Shown piece after piece: positions 1 to 8,010 of a stretch of 32,000 nt of DNA (its first letter is position 1; every line of letters begins with the position of its first letter). Location of the stretch: contig OY843585.1 in the NCBI GenBank assembly GCA_963692945.1, forward strand, positions 1,350,001-1,382,000, in the 5' to 3' direction. The notes beneath the pieces were generated by a model. The model had not been told where the DNA came from. It saw only the letters and a list, made by a program, of their open reading frames with translations, and did not search any database. This DNA is from Bdellovibrionales bacterium (GTDB lineage: Bacteria > Bdellovibrionota > Bdellovibrionia > Bdellovibrionales > UBA1609). Made by a program: the position numbers and the translations under genes.

Positions 1-81
1 ATCTGTACGGGCAAATATTTCATCATAAAAATGAGAATTTTTTTGATAATTGTTCAACAATCTAAATAAGTTATCTTTCAT
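1..81 (-). CDS. Unidentified gene, N-terminal 27 codons only (runs off the left window edge)
   Basis: ATG at 81-79 on the minus strand, followed by 27 stop-free codons (MKDNLFRLLNNYQKNSHFYDEIFARTD) reaching position 1. No clear SD. Too short to identify. Confidence 0.3.
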   Translation of the reverse strand, partial: MKDNLFRLLNNYQKNSHFYDEIFARTD

Positions 82-457
82 TTTACTATTCACTTAGGAT
101 AGAAACTTTTATTTTATTCTACAAGTTGTCTTTACAAGATTATCCGATACTTTATAAGAATCAATTACCTTTTACTTGATAAATGGAAGAATCATCAAAA
201 CTCCATTCCAGAAAATCTTTTAAAATAAATTTGTCTATTTTTTTATACTCAACTGTTTAATCTTTGAGCCTAGTTTTCGTACAAAAGTAGCCCCATCTAT
301 CTGTACATAACCACAAAAACGCAACACCTAAACCTCCCTTATAAAGGTTTTATAAGTTTTTCATTTTTTTTCAATTGAAATATACAAAATAGTGTTTTAG
401 AGTTTTCTCTAATAGTTCTAAACCAAAAAACTGTCTGTTGTTATAAACAAGGCAATA

Positions 458-3136
458 ATGTCATTTAAAAAACAATTTTTAATCATTTTCTCTTCCGTAT
501 TCATCCTACTTATTAGTGGACTCATCACCTTTTATAACATCCTGCAAAATGAAAAAGCCATTGCTGAATCTGAACTCAAACGCTACGAATCCTATTTACT
601 TGCGGATGAGCTAAGACAAAGCTCTGATGATTTAACACGAATGGCTAGAACCTATACTGTCACCTCTGATTCTAAATTTAGACAATACTTTGACAAAATT
701 TTAGATATAAGAGATGGCAAAGCCCCTCGCCCTAATAATTACAGTGGCATATATTGGGATTTCGTAACAGCAACAGGTGTTTATCCTTCCTCTCCTGCTG
801 ATAAACAAGTGTCCCTAGAAACCTTAATGAATGAAAAGGACTTTACTAGAGATGAGTTTAATTCTTTAAAAGAATCTAAAAACCGATCTGACTCTCTGGT
901 GAAATTAGAAACCCAAGCCATGAACGCCATGATAGGACTTTACCCCAATGAAGATGGAAATTTTACTATAAGAAAAAAACCGGATTTGATTCTTGCTCAA
1001 AAAATTATGCATAGTCCAGAATATCACAAAATTAAAAAAGAAATTATGGAACCTATGCAGACTTTTTTCCAAGAAGTTGATCAACGTACTCGTCAAACAG
1101 TTTCTTTTTATAGAACAAAAGGCAAGAGATTGAATACTCTTATGCTATCTCTTATAAGTTTAGCCGTATTACTTATTTTTATTTCTTTTGTACTCATTCT
1201 CTTTCAAAAAGGAATAAATCAAAAAAATGACATGGAGGCATGGAAACGAAAGGAAGGATGGAAAAGAAAGTTTTTTTACATTTACACTAGCTGGCCTCTT
1301 TTGACCTTAGTTGTCGTCGCTTTTGCAATCAATTTAAGTTTTTTTTGGTGGACTAAAAAGGTTATTGAAGAACAGGTTCATTCCAACTTAAAAGCAGAAC
1401 TTCAAACCATTGTGAAAACAACTCATAAAGGTTCTATTAACTGGCTTGAAAAAGTAGAACAAGAATTAGAATCTTTTATCACTCTTTCTGCATTTAAAAA
1501 TAATTACATCCAATACAAAAGTAAAAATTTGGTAGATAAAAAGATCTCACATCATCTCTTTAAAAAAGATTTAAATCATTTCATCAAAATACATCAATTC
1601 AAAAACTACTTCCTAATAGATAAAAAAGGAAATATGCTATCTTCTAGCCAACAAAATCTTATTGGGAAAAATATTTCAAAATCTCTCCCTAAAAAAATGA
1701 TTTCTCAATTTAAAAGTCATAAAAAAACGGCTTTGATCTTCCCAGAAAATTTAAAACAAAAAAAAGAATCTCTTTTTAAAAACAACATATTTTTAGCTGG
1801 TAAACTTGTATCAAATAAAAAGGAAGAAGGATTTCTTATTTTAGAGATACCCATAAATGGAGATTTTAGCCAAGTTATACAAAATGGTCGCTTTAAAGAA
1901 TCAGGAGAAAGTTATGCTTTCAATAATGAAGGTTATCTTTTAAGTGAAAGTCGTTTTAACGATCAACTCTATAAAATTGGTCTCTTGTCTCAAGGAACAA
2001 ATAGTTCCCTATCTATTCGCGTTGTTGACCCTGAAACAAATCTCACTCTTCATCCAAATATAAACAATCTGGATTTGTCACAAAAAAAATTAACTCAAAT
2101 GGTGCTAAATGCTTTTCAAAATACAAGAGGCGTCACTGTGAAACCTTATAATGATTACCGAGGTGTGCCTGTTATAGGAGCATGGGTTTGGGATGATGAA
2201 TACAGCATTGGTTTTGCAACAGAAATTGATTCAGAAGAGGCTTTTTTAACTTTGCACTCTTTTGAAAAACAAGCAAACATACAATTAATCGTTAATTTCA
2301 TATTGCTTCTCATCTTAACTATTGTTTTTATCTGGAACAAAACTCTTTTTTCAGAAATGAATGAAAAATTACAATTTGCTTATAAATCTATTAAAGTACA
2401 AACAAATAGAATGGAAGATGAGTTAAAATTAGGTCATCAAATTCAAATGAGCATGGTTCCAAGAGAGTTTCCAAAACATAAAAAGTTTTCTGTTCATGCA
2501 AAATTAAAACCTGCTAGAGAATTAGGTGGTGATTTTTATGATTTCTTTTTATTAAATGAGAATCAACTTTGTATTGTTGTAGGAGATGTTTCAGGAAAGG
2601 GAGTCCCTTCAGCTCTTTTTATGGCTGTCACAAAAACTCTTATACGAACTGTTGCTGCAAAATACAACTGCACAGATAAAATACTTTCTGAGGTCAATAA
2701 GAGCATCACTCTCAATAACCCTTATTTTATGTTTGCCACTATCTTTATCGCTATTTTAAATTTATCTGATGGAGAATGCAGTTACACAAGTGCAGGTCAT
2801 CACAGTTCTTACATCAAAAAAGCAGGGGGCACACTTATAAATTTAAATAAAGTCCATGGACCTGTCACTGGTGCTGTAGAAAATGTTCAATATTCAAAAG
2901 ACACTGTCTTGCTTAAAAAAGAAGATATGTTGATTGCTTACACCGATGGAATCACAGAAGCCACTGACGAAAAAGACAACCTTTATGGAGATGAAAAATT
3001 AGAAACCTTACTTAAACAAAAAACATTTGATTCTTCTGAAGTTCTTATAAATACTATTTTAACAAGTGTTACAGATTTTTCTAAGGAAACAAATCAAAGT
3101 GATGATATAACTTTAATGGTTGTAAAATATTTATAA
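458..3136 (+). CDS. Membrane-bound sensor PP2C-family (SpoIIE/RsbU-type) serine phosphatase
   Basis: 892-aa ORF. N-terminal TM helix plus further hydrophobic segments (about aa 225-250, 275-300, 615-640) delimit two large non-cytoplasmic regions. C-terminal PP2C/SpoIIE motifs: GGDFYDF, VGDVSGKGVPSALFMA, YTDGITEA, DDITLMV. Confidence 0.85.
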   Translation: MSFKKQFLIIFSSVFILLISGLITFYNILQNEKAIAESELKRYESYLLADELRQSSDDLTRMARTYTVTSDSKFRQYFDKILDIRDGKAPRPNNYSGIYWDFVTATGVYPSSPADKQVSLETLMNEKDFTRDEFNSLKESKNRSDSLVKLETQAMNAMIGLYPNEDGNFTIRKKPDLILAQKIMHSPEYHKIKKEIMEPMQTFFQEVDQRTRQTVSFYRTKGKRLNTLMLSLISLAVLLIFISFVLILFQKGINQKNDMEAWKRKEGWKRKFFYIYTSWPLLTLVVVAFAINLSFFWWTKKVIEEQVHSNLKAELQTIVKTTHKGSINWLEKVEQELESFITLSAFKNNYIQYKSKNLVDKKISHHLFKKDLNHFIKIHQFKNYFLIDKKGNMLSSSQQNLIGKNISKSLPKKMISQFKSHKKTALIFPENLKQKKESLFKNNIFLAGKLVSNKKEEGFLILEIPINGDFSQVIQNGRFKESGESYAFNNEGYLLSESRFNDQLYKIGLLSQGTNSSLSIRVVDPETNLTLHPNINNLDLSQKKLTQMVLNAFQNTRGVTVKPYNDYRGVPVIGAWVWDDEYSIGFATEIDSEEAFLTLHSFEKQANIQLIVNFILLLILTIVFIWNKTLFSEMNEKLQFAYKSIKVQTNRMEDELKLGHQIQMSMVPREFPKHKKFSVHAKLKPARELGGDFYDFFLLNENQLCIVVGDVSGKGVPSALFMAVTKTLIRTVAAKYNCTDKILSEVNKSITLNNPYFMFATIFIAILNLSDGECSYTSAGHHSSYIKKAGGTLINLNKVHGPVTGAVENVQYSKDTVLLKKEDMLIAYTDGITEATDEKDNLYGDEKLETLLKQKTFDSSEVLINTILTSVTDFSKETNQSDDITLMVVKYL

Positions 3137-3165
3137 ATTTCTTTATCTAAACTTGGACTTTAAAT

Positions 3166-3534
3166 CTATCCAGAACAATAGTCTATAGCTTCTTTTTTTG
3201 TAGAATAGATATTAACAATCTTTTCAAAGCCACTCACTTTTAATATTTGAGAGACTTGGTAATTAGCGTCATTTTTTGAATAAAGCATAACAAACTTTTT
3301 CTTTTTATTTTGAAAATGTTTGGTAAGAAATAAAATCACCCTTAAACCAGAACTCCGAATGATTTTTACATCATTTAAATCTACTATAAGATGAGTAGAT
3401 TCTTTATCTAGTAACTCCAAAATACCATCTTGAATTTGAAAGCAATTTTTTTCGTCAAAACGATCTTTTATTTTTACAACAAGACAATCTGATTCTAAAC
3501 TATCAGATATGAGATCACTTAAATTATCAATCAT
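3166..3534 (-). CDS. STAS-domain anti-sigma-factor antagonist (RsbV/SpoIIAA-like)
   Basis: 122 aa with STAS-like core LIVDLNDVKIIRSSGLRVILFL. Sits between the PP2C phosphatase and the RsbW-like kinase. Confidence 0.8.
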   Translation of the reverse strand: MIDNLSDLISDSLESDCLVVKIKDRFDEKNCFQIQDGILELLDKESTHLIVDLNDVKIIRSSGLRVILFLTKHFQNKKKKFVMLYSKNDANYQVSQILKVSGFEKIVNIYSTKKEAIDYCSG

Positions 3535-3740
3535 AAATCCCCTCCTTTTAAACCTTTTTCATACCAATAAAATTTATTCAATTAGAAAGAAACAACCATT
3601 ATCTGTCAACTATTTTCTTTTTTTTAACCAACCATCTCAAAAAAATAAAGCAAGAAACTCATTCTTTGTTAATGACTTTTTCAATCTTTAGGTATTATCT
3701 TATTTATTAAACTCGCTATTAAAAAAGGTTAGTAATTAAC

Positions 3741-4145
3741 ATGCAAATCTTATTAAAAAATAAACCCCTTAAATCAATAGACCGTCTAAATTTTTTTTTA
3801 CAAGAAATTGGTAAGAAATATAATATTTCAAAACTTATCATCTCTGAAATTGATTTGGCTTTAGGTGAACTTCTCACAAATATTATAAATTATGGTTATA
3901 TACATAAAGAAGATGCCTCTATTCAGATAGATTTTAAAATAGAAAAAAACAAAATTTCTTTTACTTTGATAGACTCAGGCATAGCCTTCAACCCCTTGGA
4001 ACATCAATTTAAAGACCCCACCAAAAACATAAAAGAGGCACCTATTGGTGGCCTAGGTATAATGGTTGCTAAAAAATCTATGGACTCGCTTTCTTATGAA
4101 AGAAAAGACAACAGAAATATATTAAAACTTGTAAAAAATTTTTAA
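3741..4145 (+). CDS. Anti-sigma regulatory factor / HATPase_c serine kinase (RsbW/SpoIIAB-like)
   Basis: 134 aa. N-box-like ALGELLTNIINYG, G1-like LIDSGIAFNP, G2-like GGLGIMVAKK. Confidence 0.8.
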   Translation: MQILLKNKPLKSIDRLNFFLQEIGKKYNISKLIISEIDLALGELLTNIINYGYIHKEDASIQIDFKIEKNKISFTLIDSGIAFNPLEHQFKDPTKNIKEAPIGGLGIMVAKKSMDSLSYERKDNRNILKLVKNF

Positions 4146-4489
4146 CTTCCTTAAATTTTTTACTCCTTAGCTAGATAATAATAAAAACCACTCTTTTTCC
4201 AGAATTACAAAATAATATAACTCACTTTCCTTATCCTATTTTACATATCTTATTGTTTATCCCTACACAGTATTTCGGCCTATCAGATCTAAAAATTTGA
4301 CTGATTTTAGGGCTTTTTGACATAAAAATCCCTTTTTTTAAGCTTTTAACCGCCTGTTTTACTTTAAAAATAGACTTTATACACCATCCATTAGACCACT
4401 AAGAAACTATACAAAAAATAATTCTTGACAGATTTTACACCATAGCAAAAAAATAAACCTAAGAACCATTAAATTAAGGAGTGTAAAAA

Positions 4490-5098
4490 ATGGCTAAGAA
4501 AAAGGGGACTAAGAAGAAGTCCACTAAAAAGAAAGTAACTAAAAAGACAGTCACTAAAAAGAAAGGGACTAAGAAGAAGTCCACTAAAAAGAAAGTAACT
4601 AAAAAGAAGTCCACTAAGAAAAAGGGGACTAAGAAAGTAACTAAAAAGAAATCCACTAAGAAAAAGGGGACTAAGAAGAAAGCAACTAAAAAGAAGTCCA
4701 CTAAGAAAAAGGGGACTAAAAAGACAGTAACCAAAAAGAAAGGGACTAAGAAGAAAGCCACTCAAAAGACAGTAACCAAAAAGAAGTCCATTAAGAAAAC
4801 CGTTTCAAAAAAAGATTCCCCAAAAAAAGAAGCTCAATCCACTCCTGGTCTCATTGAAACGCCTCTAACAGAAAATCTCTCACCATCTAAAGTTTCACTG
4901 ACAAATCAAAAAGAAAAACTATCTGAAAATATGGATTTTATGGATGATGAGGGAACCTTTGAATCTCTTGGAAGTGAAAATGATTACTCTCCTGAAGATG
5001 ATGAGGAAAGTAGCAGTTTTGACAACCCGTTTGATGACGATCCATTTGATAGCCTAGAAGAAGAAAGCGATGATGAAGATGGAGACAATTTCTTTTGA
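4490..5098 (+). CDS. Lysine-repeat histone-H1-like (putative nucleoid-associated) protein with acidic C-terminal tail
   Basis: 202-aa ORF with strong SD (aaggag at 4476-4481). Roughly the first 105 aa are KKKxT pentapeptides. The last ~60 aa are D/E-rich (DNPFDDDPFDSLEEESDDEDGDNFF). A strong terminator follows. Confidence 0.7.
   Translation: MAKKKGTKKKSTKKKVTKKTVTKKKGTKKKSTKKKVTKKKSTKKKGTKKVTKKKSTKKKGTKKKATKKKSTKKKGTKKTVTKKKGTKKKATQKTVTKKKSIKKTVSKKDSPKKEAQSTPGLIETPLTENLSPSKVSLTNQKEKLSENMDFMDDEGTFESLGSENDYSPEDDEESSSFDNPFDDDPFDSLEEESDDEDGDNFF
4496..4798 (+). repeat. In-frame tandem 15-nt (aag-aar-aag-nnn-act) coding repeats, about 20 units
   Basis: Directly visible periodic aagaagaagtccact / aagaaaaaggggact / aaaaagaaagtaact units. 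They also generate the two antisense shadow ORFs at 4469-4765. Confidence 0.85.
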
Positions 5099-5118
5099 TA
5101 CTATTTTAAAATAAAAAA

Positions 5119-5145
5119 AGCCAACATAACATGTTGGCTTTTTTA
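5119..5145. terminator. Bidirectional intrinsic terminator between convergent genes
   Basis: Perfect 9-bp stem agccaacat / atgttggct with a 3-nt loop. Preceded by an A7 run and followed by a T run, so it reads as hairpin plus U-tract on both strands. Confidence 0.8.
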
Positions 5146-5164
5146 GTCCCTTTCTTTGCTTTTC

Positions 5165-6112
5165 TTATTTTGTTTTTATAACCCCTTGTTCTATTTTGTT
5201 ATAAATAGTTTTTACTGAAATATTCAAAGACTCTGCACTTTTCTTTTTAGATTTAAAATACTGTAAAGATTGCGTGATATAATAATTTACTAAATCTTCT
5301 AACTTAATTTTTGGATTGTACTTAATAAATAAAGACAACTCTAAATTTTTACAAGAAGAGATAGGCAATAAATCTCCATAAACAACTTGATTATTATAAA
5401 GAGATGCTATTTGAAAACATACATTTTTCAATTCTATAATATTACCTTTCCAAGAATGTTTTCTTAACTTGTACATTGCAGATTCATCTAAACTTCCTTT
5501 GAAACCATCTTCTTCTAAAAAAATCTTAACCAATTCAGGAATATCTTCCTCTCTTTCAACTAAAGAAGGAACTATCAATAAGGCTCGGCTCAAATAACGA
5601 AAAAGATCTTCTCTAAATTCTCCAGTTTCTATTTTGCGAGAAATAAATTCATTGGCTGTGCATATAATACGAAACTTATAAGACTTCTGATCATTTAAAT
5701 TATTTGTATTTTGAAGAAATCTTAATAATTTAGATTGGATATCTAAAGGAAAAGAATCTATATTTTGTATTAACAAAGTTTTACCTTCTATATCATGAAG
5801 GTAGCCTTTTCTCTTACCATCTTCTGAACCAAAAAATTGAAAATCAATAAGATCAGCATTAACTCCTGAAGAGTTAAAAACAATCAACTCTTTGTTATTA
5901 GTAATGCTACTATGGAAAAGTTTTTCCCCTATCATCTTTTTACCAGATCCATTTTCTCCTAAAATGAGAACTGGAGACGATACTTTACTTATATTTCTAA
6001 CTTCTTTAAGTAAAGTCTTCATAACAGAAGATTGAGATACTATTTTTATCTCCATCTTTTGTGGCAATTCTTTTTCAAATAATCTTTGTTGCCCTGTTTT
6101 TAATTTTATCAC
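5165..6112 (-). CDS. bEBP-like AAA+ transcriptional regulator (NtrC/Fis family core + C-terminal HTH), no receiver domain, GAFTGA loop absent
   Basis: 315 aa. Walker A LGENGSGKK; family signature RIICTANEF...GEFREDLFRYLS...VPSLVEREEDIPEL; C-terminal HTH SAESLNISVKTIYNKIEQ. Where ELFGHEKGAFTGA is expected, the sequence is FFGSEDGKRKGY. Confidence 0.75.
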   Translation of the reverse strand: MIKLKTGQQRLFEKELPQKMEIKIVSQSSVMKTLLKEVRNISKVSSPVLILGENGSGKKMIGEKLFHSSITNNKELIVFNSSGVNADLIDFQFFGSEDGKRKGYLHDIEGKTLLIQNIDSFPLDIQSKLLRFLQNTNNLNDQKSYKFRIICTANEFISRKIETGEFREDLFRYLSRALLIVPSLVEREEDIPELVKIFLEEDGFKGSLDESAMYKLRKHSWKGNIIELKNVCFQIASLYNNQVVYGDLLPISSCKNLELSLFIKYNPKIKLEDLVNYYITQSLQYFKSKKKSAESLNISVKTIYNKIEQGVIKTK

Positions 6113-6229
6113 TATAAAACCTCCTTATTTTATATGTCTCAAAATGAGACAGTCTTTAAAATAACAGAATTTTTTTAATTCTCAATAAAAAAGCAAAAAA
6201 CGGATTAGAAAAAATATTTTAAAATACAA

Positions 6230-6252
6230 AAGTGTTCAGAAAGTTAACACTT
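6230..6252. promoter_or_regulatory. Palindromic operator/UAS-like site 1 (aAGTGTT-N9-AACACTt)
   Basis: Inverted repeat agtgtt (6231-6236) / aacact (6246-6251) in the divergent intergenic region between the AAA+ regulator gene and the xer-type gene. Confidence 0.45.
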
Positions 6253-6280
6253 GGTTTTAAAAATAAGTTTTAAAACTAAA

Positions 6281-6303
6281 AAGCGTTCAGAAAGTTAACA
6301 CTT
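6281..6303. promoter_or_regulatory. Palindromic operator/UAS-like site 2 (aAGCGTT-N9-AACACTt)
   Basis: Near-identical second copy (gttcagaaagttaacact shared) starting 51 bp after site 1. One arm mismatch (c for t). Confidence 0.45.
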
Positions 6304-6330
6304 TTATATATAAAAATCCGATAAGTTATT

Positions 6331-7260
6331 ATGGAAAAAAAAGTTTCAAAAACTTTAAACCACCTCTATTTAATGTTTATTGATTATATGAAATATACAA
6401 AAAAAGTATCTCCTCATACTTTACGAGCCTATAAAAAAGACCTGAGAGATTTTTTTGACAGTTCTAAAAAATGGGAAGCATTAGACTCTCAATCTATAAA
6501 AACCATCTCACCTCTAAAAATACAAAATAAAAAAAACCTAGAACTCATTATAAAAGACTCTATTAAAAAAAGATCTCTCAAGTGGACAAAACTTGCTCCA
6601 GCAAGTAAAGGTCGGAAATTAGCAACCATCAGAAGTTTTATAAAATGGCTTTCAGAAAATCATTACATCCAAACAAATTTTGGTCATCTTTTTAAATCTC
6701 CAAAACAACCTGTAAAGATTCCTAATTTTTTATCTGTTGATGAAATTTTAGCAATTAACAATAAACTTCAACAAGAAAAGAATTCAAAAACTAGAGATAG
6801 AGATAGATCTTTATTTTTTCTACTCTACGGAGGAGGTTTGCGAGTAAGTGAAGCTTGTCATTTAAAAACTAAAAATATTGATTGGAACAATAGCACCATA
6901 AAGGTAAAAGGTAAGGGGAACAAAGAACGTCTTGTGGCCCTACCCAGTCAAGCCATCACCCATTTAAAACCTTTAAAAAATAATTTTCCTTATCTGTTTG
7001 GGAAAGCACCTCTATCTGAAAGAAAAGCTTATGATATTATAAGAAATTTAGGAAAAAAAACAGGCCTCTTAAAAGCCATTCATCCTCATGCTTTAAGACA
7101 TAGTTTTGCAACTCACCTATTATCTGGAGGGGCTGATTTAAGAGTCTTACAAGAATTACTAGGACATAAAACTCTTGTGGCAACACAAAAGTACACTCAC
7201 TTAGACCTTGCTCAACTTTCTCACACTTTAGAAAAGTTTCACCCTATTCATCAAAAATAA
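6331..7260 (+). CDS. Tyrosine site-specific recombinase, XerC/XerD family
   Basis: 309 aa. Catalytic-region motifs GGLRVSEACHL, HPHALRHSFATHLL, LLGHKTLVATQKYTH. N-terminal SAM-like core-binding domain pattern. Confidence 0.85.
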   Translation: MEKKVSKTLNHLYLMFIDYMKYTKKVSPHTLRAYKKDLRDFFDSSKKWEALDSQSIKTISPLKIQNKKNLELIIKDSIKKRSLKWTKLAPASKGRKLATIRSFIKWLSENHYIQTNFGHLFKSPKQPVKIPNFLSVDEILAINNKLQQEKNSKTRDRDRSLFFLLYGGGLRVSEACHLKTKNIDWNNSTIKVKGKGNKERLVALPSQAITHLKPLKNNFPYLFGKAPLSERKAYDIIRNLGKKTGLLKAIHPHALRHSFATHLLSGGADLRVLQELLGHKTLVATQKYTHLDLAQLSHTLEKFHPIHQK

Positions 7261-7267
7261 TATTTTT

Positions 7268-7843
7268 TTATTTACAAAGACACTTTATAGAATCATCTAT
7301 GTTTCTAAATAGAAAAGCCATATGATCTGTGATTTTTATATTGTCTGCTAAATTGTAATAAGAAGCATAACTTAATCTATAATTATTTTTTAATTTGCTA
7401 CAAGTTTCTTTTAAAGTGCTACCTCTAATAGAATCATAATTTATAGGATAAGAACTATTTAAAATAGAGTTTATCTCTAAAAGGTAAATGCCTAAGTTCA
7501 CACTTTTATCTCCATCTTTAACTTTTATATTATTGAAAGAATAAGCATTTCCATCATAGCTTTGTTTAGCAAATCTTTGTAACTTCACTAATTGACCAGT
7601 AAAATTTTTCACTTCTTGTAAATTGGGAGTCTTTTTACAAAACTCCTTCAACTCCACTAATTGTTGAGTGATATTTTCTGAAATATCTTTTACTTTTTGT
7701 TGTGTTAAGCCTGATACCTCTCCAACAAAAATCAAGTTGTCTTCCATTGGATCTACGGATGGAGTGTCTTTTTCAATAAGACCACAAGAACTTATAGTAA
7801 AAGTTAGAAAAATAAAAAGAATCTTAATAGCTATCATCTTCAA
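7268..7843 (-). CDS. Hypothetical lipoprotein
   Basis: 191 aa. Signal peptide ending in lipobox-like ISSC (MKMIAIKILFIFLTFTISSCG). No recognisable catalytic motifs. Confidence 0.6.
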   Translation of the reverse strand: MKMIAIKILFIFLTFTISSCGLIEKDTPSVDPMEDNLIFVGEVSGLTQQKVKDISENITQQLVELKEFCKKTPNLQEVKNFTGQLVKLQRFAKQSYDGNAYSFNNIKVKDGDKSVNLGIYLLEINSILNSSYPINYDSIRGSTLKETCSKLKNNYRLSYASYYNLADNIKITDHMAFLFRNIDDSIKCLCK

Positions 7844-8010
7844 TGTTATTTTATATAAAAAAATACAACCTTGATACTCTTAATAAAAAGAAATAACAAA
7901 ACAAGACCTTAGTTTAAGATAAAAATGCAACACCTAATAAATTAAAAAAAGCACAACAAAGTCTGTTCCTCTAAGATAAAAAATAGATCACTCATGGTTG
8001 AAATAAAATT

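Noticed and set aside
4469-4765. Two long antisense ORFs (98 and 95 aa, Leu/Phe/Ser-rich) opposite the Lys-repeat gene
   Set aside because: They are frame shadows of the 15-nt aag/act repeat: the reverse complement of Lys/Thr codons gives Leu/Phe/Ser. They have no SD and low-complexity products, whereas the plus-strand ORF has a strong SD and terminator.
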